A stretch of DNA of 62,363 bases, the filler included. It is 5 parts of 5 records of this genome, joined end to end, with 100 filler letters (N's around TTAATTAATTAA, not from the genome) between each part and the next. Parts side by side here need not be neighbours in the genome. Positions count along the whole stretch, not along the records: positions 1 to 24,136 come from SRR22947725_3731; positions 24,237 to 31,905 come from SRR22947725_3746; 3 more parts are not named here. One strand, given 5' to 3'. Numbering within the stretch: the stretch's first letter is position 1; the number at the start of each line of letters is the position of its first letter. Position numbers and translations under genes: made by a program. Below, piece after piece: positions 19,629-29,131 of the stretch. The notes under the pieces were generated by a model. It was not told where the DNA came from. It made no database searches and saw only the letters and a program-made list of their open reading frames with translations.

Positions 19629-19913
19629 ATGGCATTCGATATGTTTAAACTACATAAGTTATCTGACCATCTAGAGTCAGAAGCATATGAACACGCCCAA
19701 TGGGCTATCAAAGACTTTTATAACCTGACAATAGAGAAGAATGAATATGGTTATGACCAAGATGTGTATGAAGTTCTCACAAAGGAGCAGATAGAAGAGA
19801 TTGACCACTACATCAGTGAGAACACAGGTGAGGTACCATGGCATGAACCCTATACTTTATCTGTATTGAATAGGATTGTTGACCAATGGTATGAAGAACA
19901 TGAGGGCGAATGA
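19629..19913 (+). CDS. Hypothetical acidic protein
   Basis: 94-aa ORF with SD AGGAGA; rich in acidic and aromatic residues. Confidence 0.75.
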   Translation: MAFDMFKLHKLSDHLESEAYEHAQWAIKDFYNLTIEKNEYGYDQDVYEVLTKEQIEEIDHYISENTGEVPWHEPYTLSVLNRIVDQWYEEHEGE

Positions 19914-19950
19914 TGTTGATAAAGTTTAAATTACAATAAAGAGGTAAAAA

Positions 19951-20197
19951 ATGACCATTAAGACAGTTAAAGATGCACAAGGTAACGATATAAAAGTTGT
20001 AGAGTATATGCGTATCGCACCAAGATGTGTTTGGATCTAATCAAAAGGGTGAAGCACCGACCGAAGAAGAGCAAGATAGATTTGATGAAGTCTATATGGA
20101 AGGTGTTGAATGCGTTGATAGTCGAGAAGATATGTGGACTGATGAAAAAGGTGGATATGAAGTGAGTTACGAATTGATAGAAGAACCAACTGAATGA
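19951..20197 (+). pseudogene. Frameshifted small acidic protein gene
   Basis: SD GAGG then MTIKTVKDAQGNDIKVVEY... stops at 20040; the +1 frame continues VSHQDVFGSNQKGEAPTEEEQDRFDEVY...DMWTDEKGGYEVSYELIEEPTE* with no earlier start of its own. Confidence 0.55.
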
Positions 20198-20324
20198 ATA
20201 ACCCCTTTTGCAGTCCATTGAAAGAATTTTCTTTCGACATCAGAGATAGATATACAAACCTCCCTGACACATCAAACCTGCCTTAAAGATCATGCTTCTC
20301 AAGTTGATTCCAAATCATCAATTA

Positions 20325-20353
20325 TTGACAAAATCATACTTCTGAAGTATAAT
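20325..20353 (+). promoter_or_regulatory. Perfect consensus sigma70 promoter
   Basis: TTGACA (20325-20330), 17 nt, TATAAT (20348-20353). Confidence 0.85.
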
Positions 20354-20359
20354 TTACTC

Positions 20360-20458
20360 ATAGAAAATCAATTAACAGCCTGATCTTTCTATCCACTTAA
20401 AGTCTAAATTTTTTATTTCAGCTTTACTGCGTCTATCTCCAAATTGCAGTCTAAAGCT
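20360..20458 (+). ncRNA. Candidate two-hairpin sRNA or structured leader
   Basis: Hairpins at 20360-20392 and 20420-20458, the first starting at the predicted +1 of the consensus promoter. Confidence 0.35.
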
Positions 20459-20483
20459 TTACATTTACAATTACTAATTCAAT

Positions 20484-20768
20484 ATTATCAAGCAATCATC
20501 TTTCTTTTTACCAATAGATCTTTTCGAGTTTAAGCTTCGATGGAGGACTAGACAGCCTTATATCATATTTGTTCACAGCGATCTGAGACGAGAAGCTGAA
20601 AAAATCTGCAAGAGTCAATTTCAAAGGCATAAATGGCACATGTCTTTGTATACCGATAATTACCAGGATTCGTGGCTATTCGAATATCTCAAAGACGCCG
20701 ATGAGTTCTATGATGTTCTGACCCAGAAATATAGCCCCAAACAGACATCTTTAACAAAGGAGTATTAA
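20484..20768 (+). CDS. Hypothetical protein of about 94 aa lacking a canonical 5' start codon
   Basis: Open frame IIKQSSFFLPIDLFEFKLRWRTRQPYIIFVHSDLRREAEKICKSQFQRHKWHMSLYTDNYQDSWLFEYLKDADEFY...KEY*; ends 3 nt before the S8 ATG; not in the ORF track. Confidence 0.55.
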   Translation: MIKQSSFFLPIDLFEFKLRWRTRQPYIIFVHSDLRREAEKICKSQFQRHKWHMSLYTDNYQDSWLFEYLKDADEFYDVLTQKYSPKQTSLTKEY

Positions 20769-20771
20769 TTT

Positions 20772-23489
20772 ATGATTTTAAATATTAGAGGATTCGTACG
20801 TCTAATCAAAAAAAATAATTTATTATTATCTGGCATTTTTTTAGTATTAATGTCATTTCAAAGTCAGGCCGCTAATAAGTCCTATTTTGGTTATGCAAAT
20901 GCTATCGAAAATAGCAATATTCAGCGAACTTTTGTGGATAGTATGGTTAAAAATTACACACGGACAGTCAATACCTTTGAAAAACTGGTAACAAGTTTTG
21001 GTCATCATAGCTGGGCTCAATCTATAGTCACTCAGTACGAGTGGTATAAAACTGAACTCGAAAAATATCTAGAGTTTCAGTCTCTAATCAACCAATCAAA
21101 ACCCACTCTAGTCAACACAACCTATAAATACAACTTTTTCCCAATCATTACTCGTAACAAGGAAAAAGAAGTGAGTCGCCGTGAGGCTGAAATTGAGGAG
21201 ATCCATGGGAGCAAGGTAAATGTATACAAAGAAATCTCAATCATTTATGAGACAGAGATCAATACAAAAAATTATAAGGGAATATTTACAACTAATACCT
21301 ATAGCGATGATACAAACGAGACCCTTGTTTCAACAGAATTGCTCAGCACAGCCATTACTAAAGAAACTCGAACTGAAGTTCAAAAGGATTTTTTACGAAG
21401 TTACGCGCAAAATGATTCAATATCAAATGAACCTGCGCTGACGCCTGATGTCCTTACTGAAGATGAATACCTGCAACGTGACGACGTTATCTATACGGGA
21501 ACCGATATGTACAAGCAAGCGGTATGGAATATGAATAGTCGAATCAACGAAGAATACATTGACACTAAAATGCAGGCGCTCACTAACAACCTCGAGGTTA
21601 TAGGCGCCCCCACAGCATGGAGTAGAGGCTATACAGGCCTAGGCTCTGTCATTGCCATACTAGACACCGGAATAGATCTTGATCATCCAGAGTTTGAAGA
21701 CAAAATTCTTGATAGTAAATGCTTCACATCAATGTGTAACGATGAACGGTTAATTGCAAGCGGTGACAACGAAACCATCGATGATAAAAACAAATACTCT
21801 CATGGCACACACGTTGCTGGAATAGCTGCGGCTAATTTTGATGGCAAGGGTGTTACAGGGGTTGCGCCCGACTCTAAATTGCTTATTGGAAAAGTTGCTC
21901 ATGATTGGGGCTATTATGAGTTTCAATCCACTGGAAAGGCGATAGAATGGGCTGTGAATAATGGAGCAGATGTCGTTAATATTAGTGCCTCTATGAATGT
22001 AGATAGAACCTATAGTCAGAGTCTAGTAGAGTTTACACCGGGTCAGTTTTATAGTATTGACACCAGAGGCAACTACTCTACCTATGGTTACAACAGTCTT
22101 CTGGCTGACGAGGCGTATCATTGGCCCACCGTAAACGCGATGCAAAATAATGAAGCAATAGTAGTGGTTGCTGCAGGAAATCAAAGGCTAAAGGCAGCAG
22201 TTTATCCTGCGCATCTAGCGCTCAATGAAGAGGTTGGTGATCGAGTTCTGGTTGCTGGAGCATGGGACCAAGCAAGCGGCTCAGTCATCAGCAATAAAGC
22301 GGGCACAATTTGCTTCGACTTTAATGAAGAAACCCAAAGCTGTAACAACACAAGGCTCATCAGTGATCAATACATCCTGGCCCCTGGGCGGCATGTTGCT
22401 AGTGCGAGCGATGGTGGTGAATATCGAACACTCTCTGGATCATCAATGGCAGCCCCAGCAGTCAGCGGAGCAGTTGCCGTGATTCATCAAATGTGGCCAC
22501 ATATGAAAGGCGAAAACCTTGCAAAACTTCTACTCAATACAGCAAATAAAGAGATTTACAACTATGATGTTCATGAGCACGGTCAAGGTCTATTAGACTT
22601 GGCTGAGGCAACATCACCGCAGGGCGCTTTAGGAATCCCAACAACTGGACGAGTTGATGGCGCTACATCAAGCGTTGATGCAATCAGCAAGATGTCTATA
22701 AGCGGAGCAAAAATTTCAAGTATCAGCTCATTAATGGCTATTGATGACTATGATCGTGACTTTTACTTTGATGGGAATGCACTTAATAGTCCATCAGACA
22801 ATCGAACCACTCATACAACTCATGCTGCAGCAAACGGCTATAAAGCAGACGACTACCTAGGACTGAACCACGGCTCTGCAGTCCCTTTTTCTAACTCGAT
22901 TGTTAAAATTAATACTGATAACAAAGATTTAAGCATAAGCCAAAAAATGAATGATTTAACCATTGGTATTGTCAAAGAGAGTGAGACCTTTTTAGGAAAT
23001 TATGCAAAAAACGCGTTAATTAATATTGATGGATCTGCCACGATTTATGCTGGACTAAACAAAGAGATGAAAATGAATGATACAACATTTTTTAGCGGAG
23101 TAAATTTTGGCTTAACTAAACTTAACATTGATGAGGCAATGATGAAATCAAGTGACACAATGGTGAGTAATAGCATGAGTATGGGCGCTAAATATAAAAC
23201 AGATAATCATGAAATTGGATTGGTAGCAGGACTACCCATAGCAATCACTTCAGGGAATGTCTCTTTTAATGTACCCAACAATGTCAGTAATGATGGGGAT
23301 ATAGAATCCAAAGTGCTGGAATCAAGTTTTGCTAGCAGGTCAAGAGAAATTAATATCGGGTTGTTCTATAACATAGATCTCTCTGAAACATCTGCTTTGA
23401 ATACTTTTATTGAAAACCGAATCAATTATAACGGCATGAAAGGCAAAACTCACTCTGAGGCTGGTATTGAATACTCATTAATATTTTAG
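20772..23489 (+). CDS. Secreted S8 subtilase with long N-terminal extension and predicted C-terminal beta-barrel
   Basis: Signal peptide ending SQA; triad ILDTG, HGTHVAG, GSSMAAP; oxyanion AAGN; terminal YSLIF. Confidence 0.9.
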   Translation: MILNIRGFVRLIKKNNLLLSGIFLVLMSFQSQAANKSYFGYANAIENSNIQRTFVDSMVKNYTRTVNTFEKLVTSFGHHSWAQSIVTQYEWYKTELEKYLEFQSLINQSKPTLVNTTYKYNFFPIITRNKEKEVSRREAEIEEIHGSKVNVYKEISIIYETEINTKNYKGIFTTNTYSDDTNETLVSTELLSTAITKETRTEVQKDFLRSYAQNDSISNEPALTPDVLTEDEYLQRDDVIYTGTDMYKQAVWNMNSRINEEYIDTKMQALTNNLEVIGAPTAWSRGYTGLGSVIAILDTGIDLDHPEFEDKILDSKCFTSMCNDERLIASGDNETIDDKNKYSHGTHVAGIAAANFDGKGVTGVAPDSKLLIGKVAHDWGYYEFQSTGKAIEWAVNNGADVVNISASMNVDRTYSQSLVEFTPGQFYSIDTRGNYSTYGYNSLLADEAYHWPTVNAMQNNEAIVVVAAGNQRLKAAVYPAHLALNEEVGDRVLVAGAWDQASGSVISNKAGTICFDFNEETQSCNNTRLISDQYILAPGRHVASASDGGEYRTLSGSSMAAPAVSGAVAVIHQMWPHMKGENLAKLLLNTANKEIYNYDVHEHGQGLLDLAEATSPQGALGIPTTGRVDGATSSVDAISKMSISGAKISSISSLMAIDDYDRDFYFDGNALNSPSDNRTTHTTHAAANGYKADDYLGLNHGSAVPFSNSIVKINTDNKDLSISQKMNDLTIGIVKESETFLGNYAKNALINIDGSATIYAGLNKEMKMNDTTFFSGVNFGLTKLNIDEAMMKSSDTMVSNSMSMGAKYKTDNHEIGLVAGLPIAITSGNVSFNVPNNVSNDGDIESKVLESSFASRSREINIGLFYNIDLSETSALNTFIENRINYNGMKGKTHSEAGIEYSLIF

Positions 23490-23622
23490 TGCTTTGACCC
23501 TTCTTAGCCTTCTGAAAAGTAATATATACCCTCGCTCAAAAACCAAGCGAAATTTGCATATTTATTTTTTTATATGAGTTTATACTTAGTTCAAAATGAA
23601 TTTTAAAATTTAGGAGAAACTG

Positions 23623-23829
23623 ATGACAGACAACAAAATAATCACTGACCGAGAAGAGATACTTGAGGCTGTTAAAATTTGGGGCGGTGTGCTTCAACAT
23701 GTCTCAAACACTCTAAAAGCTGACCGGGAAGTGGTGCTTGAGGCTGTTAAGAAAAATGCTTGGGTTCTCAGATGTGCCTCCGAAGAACTACAGAATGACC
23801 CAGAACTAAAAAAACTTGCTCAAGGCTAA
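23623..23829 (+). CDS. DUF4116-type repeat protein
   Basis: DREEILEAVK / DREVVLEAVK repeats, ASEELQND; SD AGGAG. Confidence 0.8.
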   Translation: MTDNKIITDREEILEAVKIWGGVLQHVSNTLKADREVVLEAVKKNAWVLRCASEELQNDPELKKLAQG

Positions 23830-23846
23830 TCTAACCACTATAGGGA

Positions 23847-24136
23847 ATGAATATTAAATTAAAACTTATTAATGAATATGAATTTAGTGAGGTTGGCAAG
23901 ATTTACATTGATGAAAATAATGAAGTTAATTATCTTATTGACTTACCAGAGTTTAAAAGCCCCAAAGGTCAGGTGTACGCTTGGGTTATCAGAGATGAAG
24001 TCGTATACATTGGTATGGCTGGTAAAGGCGTTGATAAGCGCCATAAAGAACACCGTGGTGGTTGGCGTGGAGGAAGTAAAACCGGCGTGAATAAAGCAAA
24101 ACTCCTTCGTGATAGCTTAAACAACAATCAAATGGT
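23847..24136 (+). CDS. GIY-YIG-like nuclease, truncated at contig end
   Basis: GQVYAW..VVYIGMAG...KRHKEH. Confidence 0.65.
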
Positions 24137-24236
24137 NNNNNNNNNNNNNNNNNNNNNNNNNNNNNNNNNNNNNNNNNNNNTTAATTAATTAANNNNNNNN
24201 NNNNNNNNNNNNNNNNNNNNNNNNNNNNNNNNNNNN
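24137..24236. other. Artificial contig spacer
   Basis: 44 N + TTAATTAATTAA (stops in all six frames) + 44 N. Confidence 0.99.
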
Positions 24237-25333
24237 CCTTCGTAATCAGTTGACTTGAATTTACGGTAGGGGGTGTTGCTGGCATTGGCCCAGCCAACGG
24301 AAACGGTACGATAGCTCTCTACCGATCCGGGTGGAATATCCGGAGTGGTGTTGGGTTGCTCGGAGCAGGCACCATTATCGGTTAGGAACATGATCAGGGT
24401 ATTGTCCCACTCGCCCAGTTCCTTGACCTTGGCAAAGAGACGTCCGAGGTTCTGATCGACCCGGTCGATCATGGCCGCGTAGACCGCCATCTTGAGATCC
24501 TCAGCATCCTGTTGTTCCTCGGAAAGATCGTCCCATGCCTTGGAAGCCCTTGGGGTGAGCTTATGATTCGGACCGATGATTCCCATTTCGTTCATCCGCT
24601 TGAATCGCTGCTCTCGGATTTTATCCCATCCGATTTTGTATTTCCCCCGGTACTTGGCGATGTCCTTGGGCCAGGCATGAAGAGGGTAGTGCGGTGCCGT
24701 GTAGGGTAAGTAGAGAACATAGGGGTTGTCTTCGTTCTTGTACTCGTCGAGACGGTCGATTGCGTAATCAGTGAAGGCATCGGTGTGGTAGAACTTTTTG
24801 TCCGGACTGGTGTAGCCCATGATCACCTTGTCCTCAATGGCCCATCGACGGAGGGATGATCGTTTTCTTCCCGGGAGGTCCTCGCCCGGACGTGCTTTGA
24901 CGCCGGGGTTAAAGAAGTTACTGCATCCATCGGCCAGTCCGTAGTAGCGGTCAAAGCCTCGGGTTGTCGGAAGAGGCACTTGGTGCCACTTTCCTGAAAT
25001 AAGGGTACGATAACCAACCGGTCGGAGCACTTCTCCAAAAGTAGCCCCGTGCTCCATATTGTTATCCCCAATCGAGTACGCGTAGTTGCCGGTGAGAAGT
25101 TCGGCCCGGGTGGTGTGGCATTTGGCGGTGTTGTAGAACTGCGTGAACCGCAAACCGTTTTTAGCCAATTGGTCGAGATTGGGGGTCTTAACCTCCCCGC
25201 CGTAACAACCGATGTCCGAGTAGCCCATGTCATCTACCATGATCAGAATAAAGTTGGGGCGCGTGCGGTCCGTTTCAGACCACCCCCAATTTAAAGTGAA
25301 AAGGAGGAGGGCAAGGAAAGAAAAAGTCTTCAT
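24237..25333 (-). CDS. Arylsulfatase (S1 family), 3' truncated
   Basis: RPNFILIMVDDMG, CHTTRAELLTG, SGKWH, YTAPHYPL, LTDNG; signal peptide. Confidence 0.92.
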
Positions 25334-25346
25334 TTGTTATGAAAGC

Positions 25347-26729
25347 CTACCGATTAGACTTATTTTTAAGTCCCATGATTCGTCCCTCTTCACTCGCAGT
25401 AGAAAGCCGGGTTTTGGACATTTGAGCCATGATATCTTCAAACTCTTCTTTGGTTGTGCGTTCAGCTTTATTCATTTTTTGATCGATCAATTCCTTCCCA
25501 TTAAACTGACCTTTGTAGCGGGTTAGTGTGGCACCACTCCCATCCTGCTTGGCGAGAAGTGAATACTTTTTATTACGGATCATGACCTGATTCCGATACC
25601 AAATATAAATCCAATCCTTTTTTCGAACATCTCTTTTGTTTTGAAGTACGGGAACGATGCTGGCCCCATCGGCGGGGTGATTCTTTGGCAGGTCTGCCCC
25701 GGATAGTTCACAAAGGGTAGGCATCATGTCCGTGAATTCAACAAGGTCATCGGTTACCCGGCCGGGTTTCTTAATACCTGCTGGCCAGTTAACAATTAAG
25801 GGAACGCGGGTGCCGGTGTCACTCATGGATCCTTTACCGCCCACGACTTCCGTGCCTTTCCATGGTGTTACGATGGGTTTATCGGTTCCATTATCTCCTG
25901 TGAAGATGAGGATGGTGTTTTCTCGAACCCCTGATTTTTCGAGCTGCTTGATGATTTGCCCAACCATTTTATCGGCGAAATTTACCATGTCGATGAAGTG
26001 ACGTTGTGGATCATTTTTGTCCCCCTTGTAGGTTGTCGAACCAAGTCTCTTCGGATCCCAATCGGTGGAGTCGGGCGTGGGATCAAAAGGACAATGGGTA
26101 AGAATCATCGGATAGTAGACAAGGAATGGCCTTTTTTTATTTTCGTCGATAAAGTCACAAACGAAATCGGTACAGACCTGCGGCCCGTATTCGCCGGATG
26201 TGAAATCCTTTTCTTTTCCGTTGAATTCAAGCATCGGGTTAACGAAGCGCCGGTCGATTCTTTTTCCGTTTTCATTGGATCGTCCACCTCGTGTATGCTG
26301 CCAGAGGCAGGATTTTTCGAAGCCGAAATGCTGGGGCGAATCCGGTTGATTTCCCAATTGCCACTTGCCAGCGATAGCTGTCTTATAACCAGCTTGCTTG
26401 AGCTGGTGAGCGAATGTGGTCTGTCCACGGTCCAGCATCCCAAACTTCACATAGTTTCGGACATTATATTGCCCTGTCATAATTTTGGTTCGGGAGGGCG
26501 TGCAGATGGGGTTGGAAAAACAGTTGGTGAAACGGATGCCTCCCTTGGCCAATTTGTCCAGATTGGGCGATTGGCAGGATTCGCTGCCGTTAGAGGATAA
26601 GGCTTCGTAGCCCATATCGTCGGCCATGATGAGAATGATGTTCGGTTGACCATCCTTAAGCTGGGAAAAAGCAAAATTCAGGCATGCAAGAAAAGTTGTG
26701 CAAATGAGAAGTACAATAGGTGGTTTCAT
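25347..26729 (-). CDS. Sulfatase (S1 family)
   Basis: PNIILIMADDMG, CTPSR, AGKWQL, FTGDNG; signal peptide. Confidence 0.93.
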   Translation of the reverse strand: MKPPIVLLICTTFLACLNFAFSQLKDGQPNIILIMADDMGYEALSSNGSESCQSPNLDKLAKGGIRFTNCFSNPICTPSRTKIMTGQYNVRNYVKFGMLDRGQTTFAHQLKQAGYKTAIAGKWQLGNQPDSPQHFGFEKSCLWQHTRGGRSNENGKRIDRRFVNPMLEFNGKEKDFTSGEYGPQVCTDFVCDFIDENKKRPFLVYYPMILTHCPFDPTPDSTDWDPKRLGSTTYKGDKNDPQRHFIDMVNFADKMVGQIIKQLEKSGVRENTILIFTGDNGTDKPIVTPWKGTEVVGGKGSMSDTGTRVPLIVNWPAGIKKPGRVTDDLVEFTDMMPTLCELSGADLPKNHPADGASIVPVLQNKRDVRKKDWIYIWYRNQVMIRNKKYSLLAKQDGSGATLTRYKGQFNGKELIDQKMNKAERTTKEEFEDIMAQMSKTRLSTASEEGRIMGLKNKSNR

Positions 26730-26895
26730 AATATTAATTTCGAAGAACTTTGCAGTAGGTTGGTCGGAAGAGGCAAAACCTTTCTTTATTCATTAGTCAT
26801 TTTTTCATTGTAGTTTGATTCGGATTACTCGAGCCGCACGATGTTTTCTGGCGTCTTTAAAATGGAACTGAAATCGATTCGGTTCTACCTTGATT

Positions 26896-28179
26896 TTACC
26901 TGATCTGCAGTTCGCTTAATTTGAGCTCAAGGGAATGAACCGGTTCCCCTTCGATGCTTATGATTGTATACCTGAAAGTAGGATCTTGAGCGGTGAGGTC
27001 AAAGTCGACTCGGCCGAATGATTGTTTCTTGTTGTAGCCGAATAGGGCGTGTTTGATAAGTCCGTGCACATGCTGGTTTGTCAATCTTGATGACTGACAC
27101 TCGTAGAGCGGATACATTCCATCGATACCGCTGTCGATTTTGTAGGCGTCCGACCGGTGACGATCGGCGGAAAGTATTACGACTCCTGAAATCTTTTCCT
27201 TGGCAATAAACTTAAATATTTGTTGGCGTTCACTGTCATAACCATCCCAAGTGTCCTTGGATCCGGGCTTTACTTTCGGAGTTATTGGTACATTAGAGCA
27301 TAACACGGTAAAAGTCGCCGGTTTTTTGAGGGTTTTCTTGAGCCACTTCATTTGAACGGATCCAAGCATAGATGGATTTTTCCCCTTGGGTGACTCGCGG
27401 TAGTAGCGCCCGTCGAGCAGGACGAAGTGAACCTTTCCGATCCAAAAGTCGAACCAGCATCCAGGCTGTTCTTCACCGCCGCCGTAATAGGGATTGTCCC
27501 AATTTTCCTTAAATATTTCCCATACATTCCGCTTCCAACTAGGCTCCTCGATTGCCGGCCCTCCCCAGCCGTCGTTGGTGGTGAAATCATGATCGTCCCA
27601 GATGGCATAGATGGGCACTTTTCTCGCCAGTTTCGCCCATTCGGGCTGACTTTGGCGGCGGTAATAGTGAAAGCGTTGCATCTCCGGAGTTTCGGGGTCA
27701 TCGATGTAAACGTTGTCTCCAAGCAAGAGAAGTGCCCGCGGGTCGATTGCCCTGATGGTGTCCCACATTCGCTCGTGTGGTGGCACATAGCCCGCTCCCC
27801 CGCCGAAGGCGATGGTGAACTTGTTCGTAGGATCGTCTTTCTTGAGGGAAGTGTCTGGAAGGGTACGTTTCCAAGGCCAAGTCTTGGCATCGAACTTCCA
27901 GGCGTTCGGTTTGTCGAGCGCAAGGTCAATGAGCATTTGGGTCTGTTCCGGGTTTACCTTCTTGTCGGTAGTCGACTTGAGGTAGGAGATGGCTTCCTCC
28001 TTTTTTCCATTTAGAATTAGCTTGAGGGCATGGGGATGAATGCGTTTGGCTTGGCTTCCTTTTTCAGGCTTCTCATTATTGACATTTGGATTGGAAGCTT
28101 GACTCGAATATTCGGCAGAGTTTGCAACAGAGGAAATAATGAGCAGTAAGAAAATTTTGAAGTTGAAATATCTATTCAT
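26896..28179 (-). CDS. Alkaline phosphatase D family protein
   Basis: LLLGDNVYID, IWDDHD, LLDGRYYR, DTWDGY, LSADRH. Confidence 0.88.
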   Translation of the reverse strand: MNRYFNFKIFLLLIISSVANSAEYSSQASNPNVNNEKPEKGSQAKRIHPHALKLILNGKKEEAISYLKSTTDKKVNPEQTQMLIDLALDKPNAWKFDAKTWPWKRTLPDTSLKKDDPTNKFTIAFGGGAGYVPPHERMWDTIRAIDPRALLLLGDNVYIDDPETPEMQRFHYYRRQSQPEWAKLARKVPIYAIWDDHDFTTNDGWGGPAIEEPSWKRNVWEIFKENWDNPYYGGGEEQPGCWFDFWIGKVHFVLLDGRYYRESPKGKNPSMLGSVQMKWLKKTLKKPATFTVLCSNVPITPKVKPGSKDTWDGYDSERQQIFKFIAKEKISGVVILSADRHRSDAYKIDSGIDGMYPLYECQSSRLTNQHVHGLIKHALFGYNKKQSFGRVDFDLTAQDPTFRYTIISIEGEPVHSLELKLSELQIR

Positions 28180-29044
28180 GTTTTGAATTTACTTGTTGAA
28201 TAAGCCATGATCTGGCTGTTTTGCGAGTAGGACTGTCCCGATGTGCCCAAAGGTCAGTATGCGAGTGAATCACTGGACCATCGGGGATTTTAAAGATTGT
28301 AGTCACGGGTACAGGTAGAAAAGTGAAGTCACCTAGCTTGGGGTATCTCTTGATATAATCGTTGGCATTTCCGCATACAAGGGCAGGGCGTCCATTTAAG
28401 CGGTCGAGGCGTGAAAGAGCAAAACTTCGGTCACTTTCCGGGTAGCCCCATTTTTTCTGCCCGTCAAAATGATCGTGGGTAATCATTCCCTTCCAAAAAC
28501 TCGCGATTTCATTATCTGCTAATCCAATATAACTGCAGGCAATCGCTCCACGGGAAAAACCGCAGATAAAAAGGTTGCTTCGATCACCCCCGAATTCATC
28601 GCAGATTCGGGGTAGGTTGTATTTGCAGTAGTCGATGGTGGCCTGACGATCTCCCCACCAAGTCACAGCGTTTTCTTTTTTCCCTTTTTGAATGTAGGGC
28701 ATGGAGACCCAGATAAATCCTTTCCCTCCACTTAGTCCGTAGCCCAGGTTTGCACCCTTGACCTCTCCGGTTGATCCGCAAGCCGGGAATTTGTTCCCGG
28801 TGTATTCGACAAGCACGGGGTAAGTCTTTCCCTTTTCCCAATTGGTTGGAAGGTATAAGCTGTGATATACTTGCGTACCTTGGTACTCCTCTGCGACTTG
28901 CCTCACCCTTTTACCAGGTGCTGGAATATCGTTTGTCATTACCGGAGTGTTCAGGTCTTTGCTTAGTTTAGTTTTTGCCCATGAATCTGCATTAATGTTC
29001 CCTCCTAAAATGAGGGAAATAAGAAATTTGGTGAGCCAATGCAT
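28172..29044 (-). CDS. Secreted alpha/beta-hydrolase-like protein
   Basis: LYLP..YPVLV, GFSRG nucleophile elbow, C-terminal HTDLW. Confidence 0.6.
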   Translation of the reverse strand: MHWLTKFLISLILGGNINADSWAKTKLSKDLNTPVMTNDIPAPGKRVRQVAEEYQGTQVYHSLYLPTNWEKGKTYPVLVEYTGNKFPACGSTGEVKGANLGYGLSGGKGFIWVSMPYIQKGKKENAVTWWGDRQATIDYCKYNLPRICDEFGGDRSNLFICGFSRGAIACSYIGLADNEIASFWKGMITHDHFDGQKKWGYPESDRSFALSRLDRLNGRPALVCGNANDYIKRYPKLGDFTFLPVPVTTIFKIPDGPVIHSHTDLWAHRDSPTRKTARSWLIQQVNSKHE

Positions 29045-29131
29045 AGGATCTTAACCTAGATATTTTGACCGAGGCGTCTATTCGATTCCAAGTAAGAGGC
29101 GAGATTTTCTAATCAAGGTTGACTAAGGAAA

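Noticed and set aside
19967-20270. Minus-strand ORFs 19967-20218 and 20037-20270
   Set aside because: Antisense shadows of the plus-strand broken gene; no SD and implausible composition.
17974-20770. CRISPR-Cas locus suggested by the Cas4-like protein
   Set aside because: No repeat-spacer array and no cas1/cas2 or effector genes on the contig.
24181-24192. Recurring TTAATTAATTAA palindrome as a biological repeat
   Set aside because: Always centred in N runs of fixed length; it is an assembly linker.
25956-28014. Long alternative-frame ORFs (25956-26600, 27348-27929, 27427-28014)
   Set aside because: They fully overlap motif-supported sulfatase and PhoD genes; expected shadow ORFs.
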